Assembly: GCF_001194135.2 (NCBI RefSeq)
Contig: NC_068985.1
Location: 66,905,934 to 66,969,933 of the forward strand
Source of the DNA: Octopus bimaculoides
Lineage: Eukaryota
Length of the DNA stretch: 64,000 bases
Reading direction: 5' to 3'
A program made the position numbers and the translations under genes. Below the pieces are notes generated by a model. That model had not been told where the DNA came from. It saw only the letters and a list, made by a program, of their open reading frames with translations, and ran no database searches. Shown piece by piece: positions 1 to 13,126 of this stretch (position 1 is the stretch's first letter; each line of letters begins with the position of its first letter).

Positions 1-470
1 ATTCAGTATCGGAGTTAGTTCTAAAACCGTGACGTTGAATTGGTGTACATTGTGTATTACAATTGGATGAATTACCAGTGTTATGTATGCCTGCTTCTTG
101 TATATGTAGAATTTTTTCACGTTACCTTCCCTAGCTAAAGCAGCATTATAATATGTTGTATGTGATTCGAAAATTTTATTATTAGCGGATAATATAGAAA
201 TTCTTGATGAAATATTCGTAACTATTCTCATATTATATAGGATTGATGGCTGGATGCTACATTAATGTACTTAATATGATCATTTGGCTTATGAAATGGT
301 TCAAATAATCCAGTATCAAGACAGAAGGTGGCGTCACAATAATTTTTACCCAAAATAATGTTTAACCCTAAATTTTTTAAAAGTTTAAATAAATTTTTCT
401 TAAGCCTTTCTAGTTGTACTTTACTACTTCTGTCCAGAAACAAATAAGGTGTCATCCCTATATAGACCCC
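1..470 (-). mobile_element. Penelope-like retroelement fragment (C-terminal RT/thumb region), degenerate
   Basis: ORF 228..455(-) ERLKKNLFKLLKNLGLNI...DATFCLDTGLFEPFHKPNDHIKYINVASSH matches the recalled PLE motif 'FLDVTFxLxxGxYxPYRKPNxxxxYINxxSNHP'. Translation past a stop gives RISILSANNKIFESHTTYYNAAL, similar to 'RISxLSSxxxIFxxxxxxYxxAL'. Confidence 0.8.
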
Positions 471-689
471 TTGTTAATTCCGGGAAGGAAAACTGGATTA
501 ATGAAAGGATATATATTCCGACAAGGTCAGTGACTTGAGCTTAATCGTATGAGCCCATTGATATATCACATGCGTTCTCCCTATCTAATCTCCTCCATAA
601 TCTGCCATCAAAATCTACTATATATACACATATATNNNNNNNNNNGTGTGTGTGTGTGTGTGTGTGTGTGTTTGTGTGTGTATGTGTGT

Positions 690-912
690 GTTGGTGTCTG
701 TGTTTATCTCCCATACCATTGCTTGATAACTGATGTTGGTATGCTTGTGTGCCACTAAATTAGCGGTTCGGCAAGAGAATACGATAAAGTAAGTACTAAT
801 CTTACAAAGAATAAGTCCTGCGATCGAGTTGTTCAAGTAAACTGCATAAAGTGGTGCTCCAGAATGTCCACAATCAAATGACTTAAACAAGTAAAAGAAT
901 AAAAGAACAAAA
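690..912 (+). mobile_element. SINE family A, 3' body/tail
   Basis: GCTTGATAACTGATGTTGGT...AAGTACTAATCTTACAAAGAATAAGTCCTG...GGTGCTCCAG...ACAAGTAAAAGA recurs at 8560, 10120, 23375(-), 49975, 60205(-) and 62975(-). Confidence 0.85.
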
Positions 913-1593
913 GAATATATATATATATATATATATATAGTCGATTCGAATGATTAAACATTATAAATAAGAATAACAAAACAACAAGTGAACGTGCACA
1001 TGGAGTGTATTAGTTTGATGCTCGTTAAAAAGAGAGAACTTTTGACGCTATGTCAGAAATGAAAATACAGAAGTCCAGAGAAGAAAAAATATCAGTAGCA
1101 CCACGTGCGTTGTTGCATGGATGAAGTGATTGGAAGTGGAAGGAGATAAAGTGGAGTTTTGGGACATATATATATATATGCACACACATATGTCTATCAT
1201 AAAATTTCAATAAATATATAAATATACACCCACATTAAGCATCCCCTGTGCATTAAACATGCATAAACCAATGAAGTGCAAGATTCATGGATATGTTCCA
1301 TAGTTGTGGCATTTACTAAATTTAGTTCTCCAGTTCGAAAGATACTGAGATTCAGTATTTACATATGTATGTTCGTATATGTATACATAGGACATCTTTT
1401 TCCATTAGCGTTATTTCTACACGTTTTAAATCAATGCTGTCCCATAGCTCTAAAACCTGTATTTTTTATGTACCTTGATATTTGTAACACCTACTTGTGC
1501 TGTTATTTGTCTTCATCAGTTTCGCAGCAGCATCTTAATGTTGACGCCACAAGATTGAACATTGTAATCGTTAAAAGTGTAACATTTTTATAA

Positions 1594-2180
1594 TCAAGTA
1601 ATGTTCGTAGCCACCTCCACATGGCTGTTCCGCTTGAACGGACATTACTGCGATTTTTTAACCCCAAGAAGACAACTTCTCTAACTGGTTAAAGATGCAC
1701 AGCTGCATCTGATATATTGTGGACAAGGGAACGAACCCCTACCACATGCTGAAGTGACTACGAACATTACTTGTTTGTACAACTACTGCGATCCTCTCTT
1801 AGAGAGATTTGAGAAGAAGCTTTTTAGGTTGTTGCAGAATCAGCGACCGTGTTTTGCTTGAATTTATATATATTGCGAGCAGAGGCAAGAGATACTGCCA
1901 TCTCTAGCAGACGAGGTGTTCCGTATTAAAGAGAGGCAGAAATAGCTCTAAACCAGACTGGTATGCTACAAGGTGGTAGCGGTTCGTTTCCTTGCTAGCA
2001 ATATATCGGATGCTGATGTGAATTATTAATCAGCAAGAAGAGATGTCCTCTTGTGGTTAAAAACTTGCAGTAAGGTCCGTCAAACGGAACAGCCATGTTG
2101 AAGTGGCTACGAAAATTACTTGCTAGTACAACTACTACTGTCATCTCTTAGAGATATTTTAGAACTAGCTTTTTAGATTT
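1594..2180. repeat. Fold-back element: ~155-bp inverted repeat plus ~85-bp direct repeat
   Basis: 1594-1748 is the diverged reverse complement of ~1968-2122 (CGTAGCCACCTCCACATGGCTGTTCCG vs CGGAACAGCCATGTTGAAGTGGCTACG). ~1748-1835 repeats directly at ~2098-2180. Confidence 0.85.
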
Positions 2181-3783
2181 TTATAATTCTTGAACATTAA
2201 CTGATGAGGAAAGAGCATGTCCACGTCTTGTGTGTGAATTTTTGGTTTATTCCTTTGTCGTTCTTTTGTACAATCTTTGAATATTATTAATTGATATAAC
2301 GCCACGAACCCTCCTATTTATTCCCACCTCCTGACATTCTATATCGCGGGTAATATTTGCTGCGACGTTTCATTATTTCTCTTTTACTCTCTGTATTCTT
2401 CCCTCCACGCTTTCTCTTTTTGCTTTCTATCTATCTTTCCTCTCTCATCACCTTACTTCTCTGCTGCTATTTTCTGTCTACCCCTTTCATTTCACTCTTC
2501 TCCCTCCTTGTACCTTGTTCTGCGCAACCTCTCCTTTATTCCCTTTGTTTCCTTGCACTATCTCCTCTAACTTTTTCTTCATTTTTTCTCTCTATCTCCC
2601 CCCCCCCTTACTTTGCTCCCATCTCTACAAATGCCATTTTTCTTGTCTTTCACAACGAGTTTTCTCTCTCTACTTCCTTTTTAATGTCATTTCGGATAGA
2701 ATTTTTTTTAGCGTTACAACTGTTCATGCCTTGTCTTAATACTGTCTCATAGCTGTAAGACATTTATTTTGTATGAATATTTATATTTCTACCAACTACG
2801 TGTGTATTGTCTTTGTTCGTCACCATTATTTACGTTCACTCATTTACTCCTAGTAGGTTTTGGCTTTTGATGCCATCGAAATAAATATTGTGATGGTTCA
2901 AGGCGTAAAATCATGATTTTTGGACGCTAACTGATGAAGAAAGCTTATCTTCACGTCATGTGTATGAATTTTCCTATTCTAGTTCTTCATTGCAATTTTT
3001 TTTACCCCAAAGCCTGTCCAAAGCCCGGTTGGGAAAGGGAGAGTTGTGCGTTAGGCAACCAGAAGGTCAGGCATGGGTAGTTTACAGGACATGGTGACTA
3101 AGTGGCAGACACGTTTTCCTGGCCATGTGCTTCAATATATATATTTATACACACACATATGTATATATAGACATACATAAATATATGTGTGTGTGTGTGT
3201 GTGTGTGCGCATACGTGCATATGCATACAAGCTGGTTTTAAGATGAAATTGCCATGTAATATTTATGGCATTAAATGTAGAAATACGTCGATAACGCTCA
3301 TCTTCATGAATTGTATTCTTTTGACGTTACTATATATTTTTGATTAGTTTGCATTACAACAACATATCCTACATTCACTATATCAAATTATTTTAAACAA
3401 CGGAATTCTCTTAATGGCTTGGAAATTCGATTAAATTTGATTATCACACTTAAGAAGAGCCTTCCCTTTTTTGAGCTATTCTTCAAATTGTCTTAGCGAT
3501 ACTAAAGTAATTTATTATTCAAAGGATTGATATCTACGGGTTGCTTTATAAACAAAGTCTGCAATTGAAACGTAGCAAAACATCCCTTGCTTGTCTCGTC
3601 TTTGAATGAATTTCATGTCGAACAATGGATCTGCTCCATATTATTTAGAACTAAGCAAAACATGGCATTAACAGTGAATAAACAATTTGATACTCCTCGT
3701 AATAATATTTCTGGTAACTATAATGACTTTTTGCATTTATCGAACCGAATTCGACATTTATGATGCAGAAACGTGTATTTGTT

Positions 3784-3846
<63 letters not shown>

Positions 3847-4513
3847 NNNNNNNNNNCGTTGGATTTTGTTCTTGAGTAAAAAAAAAAAAAAGAGAAAAAC
3901 TCACGTTCCTCTGCTGGTGGGAATGTGCCATAAATGTTGGGGCGTCGGCAGAAATGCTTTCCTGTTCATTTTCTGGCCCGCTTTATTTTGAGTCCAAGTT
4001 CCGCATGCCTGTAGAAGGCAAGGGAAAACCCATTCAGTATTCACTCTAAGACTAATCATGGTAGCGCATCTTTTATTTTTGACATGCTTCAGTCATCAGA
4101 CTGCGGTCAAACAGGGACACCGCCTTGAAATTTCAATCGAATGAATTGAGCCAGTACATGTCTTTGGTTGGCCCGGGTCAATAGTAGATGAGACTTGCCC
4201 AAGATGTCACGCAGCGGGACTTAACTCGTAATCATGCGGGGTATGAACATATCTCGTGGGCTGCGTCTCATTCATATTGGAATTCTTTCAGTGTATGAAA
4301 CTTTGGGACATACCAGTACATGGTTCTCACAACATTTTGCATATAGTCATCGACAACCTTTTAGTTTGCATCTGGTCTCCTTTCGGGTACATCGTATTGA
4401 CAAGTCACAAAAATGATGAAAAATGGATGTCTACTGCACTTGTAACGGGATCTAATGTGAATTATTTCGCTTGTCTTGACTATCTGGTGCTTTAACACCA
4501 GGCGAATTGATAT

Positions 4514-4575
<62 letters not shown>

Positions 4576-5439
4576 GCACTTCACTTCAATGCATCTTTAA
4601 TACAGTTCGTATTCGTTACTAACACAATATCACCGTTGATAACGTTATCCAGCATTTACGTGTAGTGAAAACTTAGCCCCGTTTCATTGACATTATTGCC
4701 ACACTTTTGAATGCAAACCGAATGATACAATTACATTGTGTGTTTATAGAGAATATGCAAATTCGTAATCGACTATTGTTTCATACAAAATGTAAGTGAA
4801 GGGAAGCAACCGATATTGGATATTTAATAGGAAAGTTATCTTAATGCTAATCATATTTAAAAGAAAAATGTTCAAAGCATTTTTACCGTTATTAAAGCAA
4901 TGGCATACCAGTTCTTAGTAGAACATCGGGACAGCATGCAATAGTTGAAAACGTAAAATTCTAACCAGACAGTTTAAAATGAAATATTGCCGTTCATTTA
5001 ATAGTAAACCCCCCCCCCCCAAAAAAAAAAAACAAAAAACAAAAAAAACAAACAAACAAACAAACAAATAGGTGTAAATAAAGAAAATTAACTGAAAATA
5101 AGAGAATGAAACAAGCTGTAATAATAAGAGTGAACTCTTCTGATGAAAACGTTTTAACACAAAACGCTGTCAGCAAATGAAATAGAAATCAAAATATTAC
5201 TTTTATTAATGAGGTCAATTATTTGTATAAAAGAGGTTACTGTATATCATCACGCACGCGTCAACGGAAGTGCATAATAAACACAATTTTCTTTGAAATA
5301 ATAACGAAGATACTTATATATACCAGCAGAATGACCGCCCTCTGGGTGGTTTTCTGCTAGCCCCTTGATAATATTTTCCCATTTGATTCCCATTTCTAAC
5401 AATTTTATATTTTACGGGTAATTATTTTTTGTTTAATAG

Positions 5440-5588
5440 TGCTCACTTGCTTCCATTATTATATCACAGTCATCATCTCTCATCTTTAAACAAACATCAT
5501 GGTAATCCCACAACAGAGGGTGTAGCAGTTTGTCAAGTTTTACCTTCCACTCAAAGTAACATAAAGATTTCAATTCAGCAGCCCACCT
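5440..5588 (+). CDS. Candidate coding exon, strand ambiguous (AHLLPLLYHSHH...VCQVLPSTQSNIKISIQQPT)
   Basis: Acceptor TTTTTTGTTTAATAG|, donor CCT|GTAAGC, one open frame (phase 2 to 1). The antisense strand also gives a plausible exon (5586..5544). Not phase-linked to the main chain. Confidence 0.25.
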
Positions 5589-5599
5589 GTAAGCTTTGC

Positions 5600-5662
5600 A
5601 GTGTGTGTGAGAGAGAAAGAGAAAGAGAGAGAGAGAGAGAGAAAAAAGAGAGAGAGAGAGAT

Positions 5663-5718
<56 letters not shown>
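5600..5718. repeat. (GA)n microsatellite, representative of dozens of (CA)n, (TA)n, (GA)n, (TATC)n and (TATG)n tracts
   Basis: Seen directly. Similar tracts lie at about 3790, 4520, 9440-9625, 10325, 12790-12950, 19130-19280, 22010, 23215, 23935-24095, 29275, 38200, 38600, 39055, 48490 and 60425. Most N gaps abut such tracts. Confidence 0.98.
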
Positions 5719-5722
<4 letters not shown>

Positions 5723-7389
5723 CATTGCAAACAATGAATGACATAAACATGAAATGAAAAAAAATTATTAATAAAATGGCATTACTACAGATGTATACGC
5801 CCCGACTTTGTTGTCTCATAACATACAGAGACATGGGTACTTTTAACAAAATTTTCTACAAATTCCGCTTAGATATTTTTGCGAAGGAGTGAAGAGAGGA
5901 GTTTCAGAAAATTCAGACGTTCTGAATTTTTTCCCTTATAACTTTCAGGAAGATGGGTATCTTTTAATCAAAATTTATATAAATCTCTTTCAAATGGCAT
6001 AGATTACGATTATAAAGAAATTTGTGGGGCGAATTTTTTCGGGAATTTTCACCATTTTTTAAAACCACAGCCTTCGAAATGATGGGGTGGGGGTTGCATC
6101 TTTGTATGAAAACGTTTTGAAAACTCTTTCTTTTTACACCCCTCCCTCGCTCATCATCCCACTATTTTGGCCATTTGTTTTACACTTCAAAACAATGGGA
6201 AGAGCGTTTTCATAAAAAAAAAATTCTAATTGTTAATATTTTTAGAGGGAAATGTGATTTAAGCGCGATTTGACTATTGTTTCTAGCACATCCAAAGACA
6301 ACTCTCCTCGTTTCTGTATCACTCTCTCATTTATTGATGATTTTTTATGTATTTTTCCCCCCAGCAATACATTTATATGCTATATAAAAGAACATTAGAG
6401 AAATTATGAATTTTTGCAACCCCACTTCTTCCCCAGATTCTTTCTGCTTAGAAATTAAAATATTTGAGAGCCTAAGAAGTTCATTGCTGGCATTTATTCA
6501 CAGTGACTTAAAAAAATTACAGAGATGTGCTTGCATAGCAAGTGACTTGATCTGAGATTGTGTACTGAAACAAAAACAATTGCAGCGTGGAAGATGTTCA
6601 AAAACCATTCAAGAACACACAAATCCCGTTAGTTTCCCTTCAACATTAAAACTTCATTTGTGTCAAAATATTTTCGTCGCTTTGAAACCGTGACCTGTTC
6701 ACTGAAAAAAATTCACAAAAATGATACAGCTGAAAGTTTTCAGTGTACAGCACACACGCGCGCACATACACACGCACACGCACACGCACACGCACACGCG
6801 CACGCACGCATGTACACACACTCAAACACACATATATTGCCTTTCCCTTGTGTGTATGTGTATCTTTGTGTGTGTGTGTGTGTGTGTGTGGCTGTGTATT
6901 GGTGTGTGTGTTCGTGCACTACTGAAGTTGTGTTTGGAAATTGTGAATAAGGTGCAAGTTTCGAGCACTTGTCGATAACTTTTGGCTTTTTCCTCCTGTT
7001 CCTCGTCTTCTAATAGTAATTACTCATCTTTCTAGGCTCTTCTCACAGCTATCAAAAACTATACGGTCATTTAAAAAAAAATTCGTTCAATAAATAATGT
7101 TTTTACATTACGTAAACATTAACAGTGAATTAAAATTTAAAAGTGAAAATGAGAGACTTTGCAAATGAAAATAGAATACTCCACAGTGAATGCGATGAAT
7201 ATTTAAATCTGAGATGAATTGGACACAATGCATATTTAAATTTGCGAGAAATTGGAGTTTAAAAAATTCAATAAACTTGAGAAATTGAAATTATACGAAA
7301 TTTCTTAGAACATGATTTTATAAAAATATTGTCAGGCGGTTAACCTTTAATAATTGCTTTCTTTTCGTACTTTTACAGCTTTCTTCATT

Positions 7390-8275
7390 ATAGTATAGAT
7401 GAGCCTGAGAGAGTTTTAGATTTAACCTGTTAAGAAGAGGTGCCAGACAAGACTTTGACAAAGTAAATATATACCAAATTGTTACTCAAAACATAAAACG
7501 CTGTCCGAATACGAAGATGCTATTAATAACCTCCCGAATTAGAAATAAGTTTGAAGTATAGGGGACTGTTCAACTTATCGACAAAAAATCTTTGAAAAAA
7601 CCGAGGACATCAACACACCTAAAAAAGAAGAAATTTTACAAGAAATGTATTGTCATAGTTCAAAAAACTTGTGCAGCATGCAGGTAGGATGGACATTTCA
7701 AGATCAAGCATTTTGAATATTTTTCGGAGTGATGAAGTTACATTTGAAGAATGTGACTCAATCAATCGGTTGTGTTGCATTTAGTGATATGCTGAGAATA
7801 TACATACTACAGTGGGAAATTATGCTAAATTACAATCATTTACAGTATAGCGATTCCTATATCTCAAATGATAAATCGCAACTTTCCTTTTGGTAGGAAC
7901 TATAACAAAGTATGATATCAAACATTGAAAAGGATTTTGAAGATGCGGAGTTTGATATTCAGCAAGATGGGAAGCACTCACAATACAAAAGTAATAAAAG
8001 GACCAACGTTGGTGAGATTTTGCCAATCAGATGTAAGGGACGAAGGGGTCCACTAGTATACACTCCGCATTCATCAGCCTTAACATCATTAAACGGTTTT
8101 GTGGTGATATCTTAAGATAAGATTTACGGTACAAAATCGGAAAATAGTGAACTGAAGGTAGTCAGTGAACGAAAATGGTCAAAAATCCGGAATAATACGT
8201 TTTGATGTTCGTAATTCCATTTTTATGCGTTATCGGAACGGTCGTCACCTTGCACACAGGCTTTCATAGACACAA
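7390..8275 (+). mobile_element. Tc1/mariner DD41D (rosa/Visitor-like) transposase remnant
   Basis: Decayed frames give ITSRIRNKFEV*GTV...KPRTST, IFRSDEVTF and IQQDGKHSQY...RCKGRRGPLVYTPHSSALTSLN. There are 41 residues between QQD and the third catalytic position (now N), and GRRGP is typical of the DD41D family. Confidence 0.8.
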
Positions 8276-8489
8276 GTTAAGTCCTGTATCTAGATTTTAT
8301 TAAATTTTGAAAATGTATTTTAATAAACGGTGAGTTTATAATCATAGAATTATGTGCATACACTTTAGGGTCACACCTTGTGGTTATGTATATATGCATG
8401 TATGNNNNNNNNNNNNNNNNNNNNNNNNNNNNNNNNNNNNNNNNNNNNNNNNNNNNNNNNNNNNNNNNNNNNNNNNNNNNNNNNNNNNN

Positions 8490-8522
<33 letters not shown>

Positions 8523-8531
8523 ATTTGTGCG

Positions 8532-8559
<28 letters not shown>

Positions 8560-8564
<5 letters not shown>

Positions 8565-8762
8565 CTGCGCTTGTATTCTCATTGCTTGACAACCGATGTT
8601 GGTCTGTTTACGTCCCTGTAACTTCGCAGTTCGGCTTAAGAGACCGATAAAATAAGTGCTAGGTTCACAAATGATAAGTCCTGGGGTCAATCTGTTCGAC
8701 CAAAGGCGGTGTCCAGCATGACCAGAGTGAAATGACTGAAACAAGTAAAAGAGTAAAAGAGT
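8560..8762 (+). mobile_element. SINE family A, 3' body/tail
   Basis: TTGCTTGACAACCGATGTTGGT...ATAAGTCCTGGGGTCAATCTGTTCGAC...GACTGAAACAAGTAAAAGAG, the same family as 690-912. Confidence 0.85.
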
Positions 8763-8819
8763 ATATATATATATGTACATATATATATACATATATATAT
8801 ATACATAGCCATGCATTGG

Positions 8820-9340
8820 TGAAGAAAATAATTTGATTGAGATATTTTATGTTATAATATCAGGTTCGTTATGAATTGTATAATTGTTAAACGATTACAT
8901 TTTCCCCATTAGGCATCGTAATTAATCCCAAAGTTAAGTATCTGCCATAATGGGGGCAAATATTTTGAATGACTTAGTTAATGAAATTCAGATATTATAA
9001 CTTAAATTTCCTTCCACCGATACTCTGAGTAGGAAAAGAATAGTGGTTAGACTTACAAATCATGCTGCATGATGATAATGCGCAGTTCCAAACAAGATTA
9101 TTTTAAAGTAATGTAAACCTTAGTTTTGAAAAAATTCCATACCATTATTACTCACCATCTCTTGCACCATCTGCTTACGACTTATTTTGAATTTTACAGA
9201 CTGATCATCATGGAATCATTTTAAAACACCTGAATAGTGGAAACTAGCATTCTTTTGCAGGAAGGGAAATTAATTTTTCACACAAATATTAGGTAACATT
9301 TAAATAGTTAGGAGGCTGTCACTGACAATGGTTGGTAATT
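8820..9340 (+). mobile_element. Heavily decayed mariner transposase C-terminus
   Basis: LHDDNAQ (about 9066) and YYSPSLAPSAYDLF (about 9143) resemble mariner HDNARPH and PYSPDLAPSDYHLF. Confidence 0.55.
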
Positions 9341-9535
9341 ATGATCATGAATTAATTTTAATAGAATATAAGATTAATAGGTCTTTTCTTCATACGTAAT
9401 TTTAGGACGTTACTTCAGGAGTGACCTCCTTTCTCTCACACACACACACATACACTCACATACACACACACATGTATGTATACACACATGTATGTACACA
9501 CACATGTATGTACACAGACGTGTATGTACACACAT

Positions 9536-9627
<92 letters not shown>

Positions 9628-9926
9628 CTGTAAATCTATTTTATTTCATTTATCTGTTCCTTTCTCTCTCCTCTCTCGTACAAGTACGTATGTATGTATA
9701 TACACACATATAGCAAAGATGAATAATATTTTTGCTTTGATCGAATAGTCTCTTGCTACTCTAGAGTACGCTTCAGTGTTTCCTGGGTCATTTCTTGCTT
9801 AACCCTATGAACATATGGGCAAAAATCCAGGGCAGCAAGAGTTTGGCTCAGTCAAATTAGAAACATACACACACGTTCATATACAAACATAAATGTATAT
9901 ACACACACACATACGTGTGTACAAAC

Positions 9927-10319
9927 AGGTGCAGGAGTGGCTGTGTGGTTGATAACTTGCTTAACAACCACCTGGTTCTGGGTTCAGTCCCACTGCGTGG
10001 CACCTTGGGAAAGTGCCTTCTATTATAGCCTCGGGCCGACCAAATGCTTATGAGTGGATTTGCTAGACGGAAACTGAAAGAAGCCCATCGTATATATGTA
10101 TATATATGTATGTGTGTTTGTTTGTCTGTGTTTGTACCCCCAACATCGCTTGACAACGGATGCTGGTGTGTTTACGTCCCTGTAACTTAGGGATCCGGCA
10201 AAAGAGACTCATAGAATAAGTACTAGGCTTTCAAAGAATAAGTCCTGGGGTCGATTTGCTCGACTAAAGGCGTTGCTCCAGCATGGACGTAGTCAACTGA
10301 CTGAAACAAGTAAGAGAGA

Positions 10320-10320
<1 letters not shown>
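9927..10320 (+). mobile_element. Near full-length tRNA-derived SINE, family A (octopus OR/OK-type)
   Basis: Head has A-box-like TGGCTGTGTGGTT and B-box-like GGTTCAGTCCC, then GCACCTTGGGAAAGTG..., an internal (TA/TG)n and the family tail. The family name is recalled. Confidence 0.85.
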
Positions 10321-10398
<78 letters not shown>

Positions 10399-11439
10399 AA
10401 ACTGTATATACATACACACAAATATATTATCGGTTTCCATATACTAAATTTAAGCTGTTATGCACGGATTTGGTCACTGATTCTCAGCAGGTTTTCTATG
10501 TAGGTGGGCAAGATGTGGCCTTCTATGTAATGTGCAATATCGTCGTAGCGTAATACGTTGAGCTGAAAACATATCAGCATCAAAACCATAGCTTTCTCTT
10601 AATCAAGATAAGTTGCGTAATTAATTAAACATGTATATGACAAGCTTATATTCATATTCTATCTGCGAGAAACTTGTGAGAAATAGAAGTGAACATATAT
10701 ATTTATTCTTTGTCAACTGCCTTTCTGTTTATAAAAATCCGTCCATTATACGTTTTCTAAATCTGATATATGAAGCTTTATTCTAAACAGCTAGAACGAT
10801 TACCTAATTTGACTCGTTTCTTTCTTTTTCACTTTGAGAATCCTATTTTAAGATTGAGAATAGTTAATATGAAAACTCTAAAATTTAAAGTCACCAAGTA
10901 TTGAACGCATATATGTCTACATTGTAATTGCATGCAACTAACTATAACAGATCTGTTACGTTCTCACAGAAAGTTCTTACGCATGGTCTAGGTGATAAAT
11001 CAGTCCACGTTGAATCAAATATATTTCGATTGAATGGTTATATAACAACAAATTGCATCTCAGAATGGAGAATTATTACTAATTTGTTGTAATTCTGTTG
11101 AACGAATAATGCGAATTAATCTGCAACTTTTGCTCGAATGGAGCTATATCTCATCAGTTGCAAAATTACATCTTGACGCAGGACTAATGCTAGTGTGGTA
11201 TAAATAGAGACGGTTCCCAAACCAGAAACAGGGCTCTTCAATTAAAAATTAGAAAATATCAACTGAATATTGTGAATGGATTTATTTGTGCATATGTATT
11301 TTATTTTGTATACATGTACACACACGCACACGAGCTCACACACACATGCACATGATATTCAAATTTGACAGCATAAAAGGATATAAAAGCAATATCACAT
11401 CGAAAAATAAAATGTTTTAAAACATGAAAACAGTATCAA

Positions 11440-11770
11440 CCAGTTGAGGATGGGGAGATAACGGTTTTCTCAAAGTAGCCAACCTCGCGTTCCCACACGT
11501 TCACAAGACGATTCCAGAACCTGGAGCATCATTGTGCTTTTGAGAAGATCTTTAAACGCCTCCTTGATCTTGGCTACCAGCTCGGCCTTGGTGTTGCAAC
11601 GGGAGCGGTTTGTGTCTTTCGCAATCGTGCCACACATAATAACCGATGCGATTAAAATTGGGGGAATAAAAATGTTAGAAACTGGGGCTAGGGAAACCGT
11701 TGTAATTCTGTGACAACTACTTCGGATTGTTTCCGGGAGTATGCTAAAAGCCGAGTCCTGATACCTTACA
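11440..11770 (-). mobile_element. Tc1/mariner transposase C-terminal remnant, maT (DD37D)-like
   Basis: The minus strand gives QDSA, a frameshifted YSPNFNRIGYYVW, KDTNRSRCNTKAELVAKIKEAFKDL and GYFE. The D-D spacing cannot be counted because of frameshifts. Confidence 0.7.
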
Positions 11771-11894
11771 TATGACTTTTAAAGAACAACACACTCTAGC
11801 CAGGAAAGGAAGACACATATTCATCACACAAAAAGAAAGACAACCTGTTAACTTCTTAAAATATTTCGTCGATCTGTGTTACTGTCACAAACAG

Positions 11895-11931
11895 GTCCAC
11901 TACAACTAGTTTTAGGCAACGTCATGGGCTA
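11895..11931 (+). CDS. Candidate small exon upstream of the TM exon (STTTSFRQRHGL)
   Basis: Acceptor GTTACTGTCACAAACAG|, donor CTA|GTACGA. Phase 2 to 0, compatible with the 12017 exon across an 85-nt intron. Confidence 0.3.
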
Positions 11932-12016
11932 GTACGAATAAGATTCAGGGATTTGATATATGTTCTTGAAATTTATATACGTCAGTCTTTCTGGATGTCG
12001 TAGCCAATATTCATAG

Positions 12017-12106
12017 CTTGGCCGAAAAATTGGCATTTGGTTTATATTCATGTACCTTCTCTACCTTCTTTTTGTTAGTGGGATTCTTTTGGCATTGAGC
12101 ACTATA
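12017..12106 (+). CDS. Coding exon of an uncharacterised multi-pass membrane protein (LGRKIGIWFIFMYLLYLLFVSGILLALSTI)
   Basis: Acceptor ATATTCATAG|, consensus donor ATA|GTAAGT. 90 nt, only phase 0 is open. Encodes a ~25-residue hydrophobic helix preceded by RK. Confidence 0.55.
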
Positions 12107-12845
12107 GTAAGTGATGAATTAATGACCTAAAATGCTGGATCTCAAGGCAAATACACCTATAAATAATAGCATGTAGATACTGGGCTAAAAACACTTTGGT
12201 TCCAAAAAGTCGAAAGCTATCACGTGTCCATATCATCTGTAAACATGATAGGTATTCTAGCCATTAAACCAAACAATCCTTCGAAATGTTTTTATCCAAT
12301 TTCAAAACCTCATTCTGACTAGCGAAATTTGCATGTTCTTGATGTCATAGGCATATTTACATAAACTTCGAGACAACATTTAATAATTCTTTGGACTACA
12401 ACAATATATATACATATATACATATGTGTATCTATATAAAACTTTCATATCAAAAGTTTCGTTGTTTTGAAGATTATAATTGCGCTTGCACGGTGGATTT
12501 GAAAATTTATAATGTATATAGATGGAAAATGTGCGTCTTCAATGTTTCACAAATATACATTAATTATAGCGCCTATGTTGATGAGGACACGGATGGCAAA
12601 TTATTTTATTTGTTTATTGATGGAGATACCTAGGTATACCGGTAACTATTGATATGTTTTAATTTTTCAGCCCTTTCGAAATTAATCTTATCCGTGGTTT
12701 GGGCTTTAACTGCTCTTTTCAGCATGTAAGGTATCCTGCTAGGTTCATCTGTTTTGTGTATAGAAATGTACATTAATTTTATATATGTATATCTATCTAT
12801 CTATGTATCTATCTATCTATCTATCTATCTCCCCCTCTCTCTTCC

Positions 12846-12913
<68 letters not shown>

Positions 12914-12959
12914 CGCATACACACACACGCACACATACGCACACACACATATACACATA

Positions 12960-13082
12960 CAAACGACAGGCTTCTTTTAGTCTGCCCAAGGCTAAAGTAG
13001 AAGACACTTGCCCAAGATGTGACACAGAGGGACTGAACTCGGAATCATGTAGGTATGAATCAAGATTCTTACCCCACACTCA
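12960..13082 (-). mobile_element. SINE family A, 5' part
   Basis: GACAGGCTTCTTT...GACACTTGCCCAAGATGTGACACAGAGGGACTGAACTCGGAATCATG is the reverse complement of the head at 9927. Confidence 0.75.
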
Positions 13083-13083
13083 C

Positions 13084-13122
<39 letters not shown>

Positions 13123-13126
<4 letters not shown>

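Noticed and set aside
9421-9748. Many 60-140 aa ORFs with HTHT, YIYI, CVCV, RERE or LSLS runs
   Set aside because: Translations of stop-free dinucleotide and tetranucleotide microsatellites.
11895-11935. GPLQLVLGNVMG resembling the TRP-channel S4-S5 linker
   Set aside because: That frame stops immediately and cannot be spliced in phase to the TM exon; no pore, S6 or TRP-box motifs were found.
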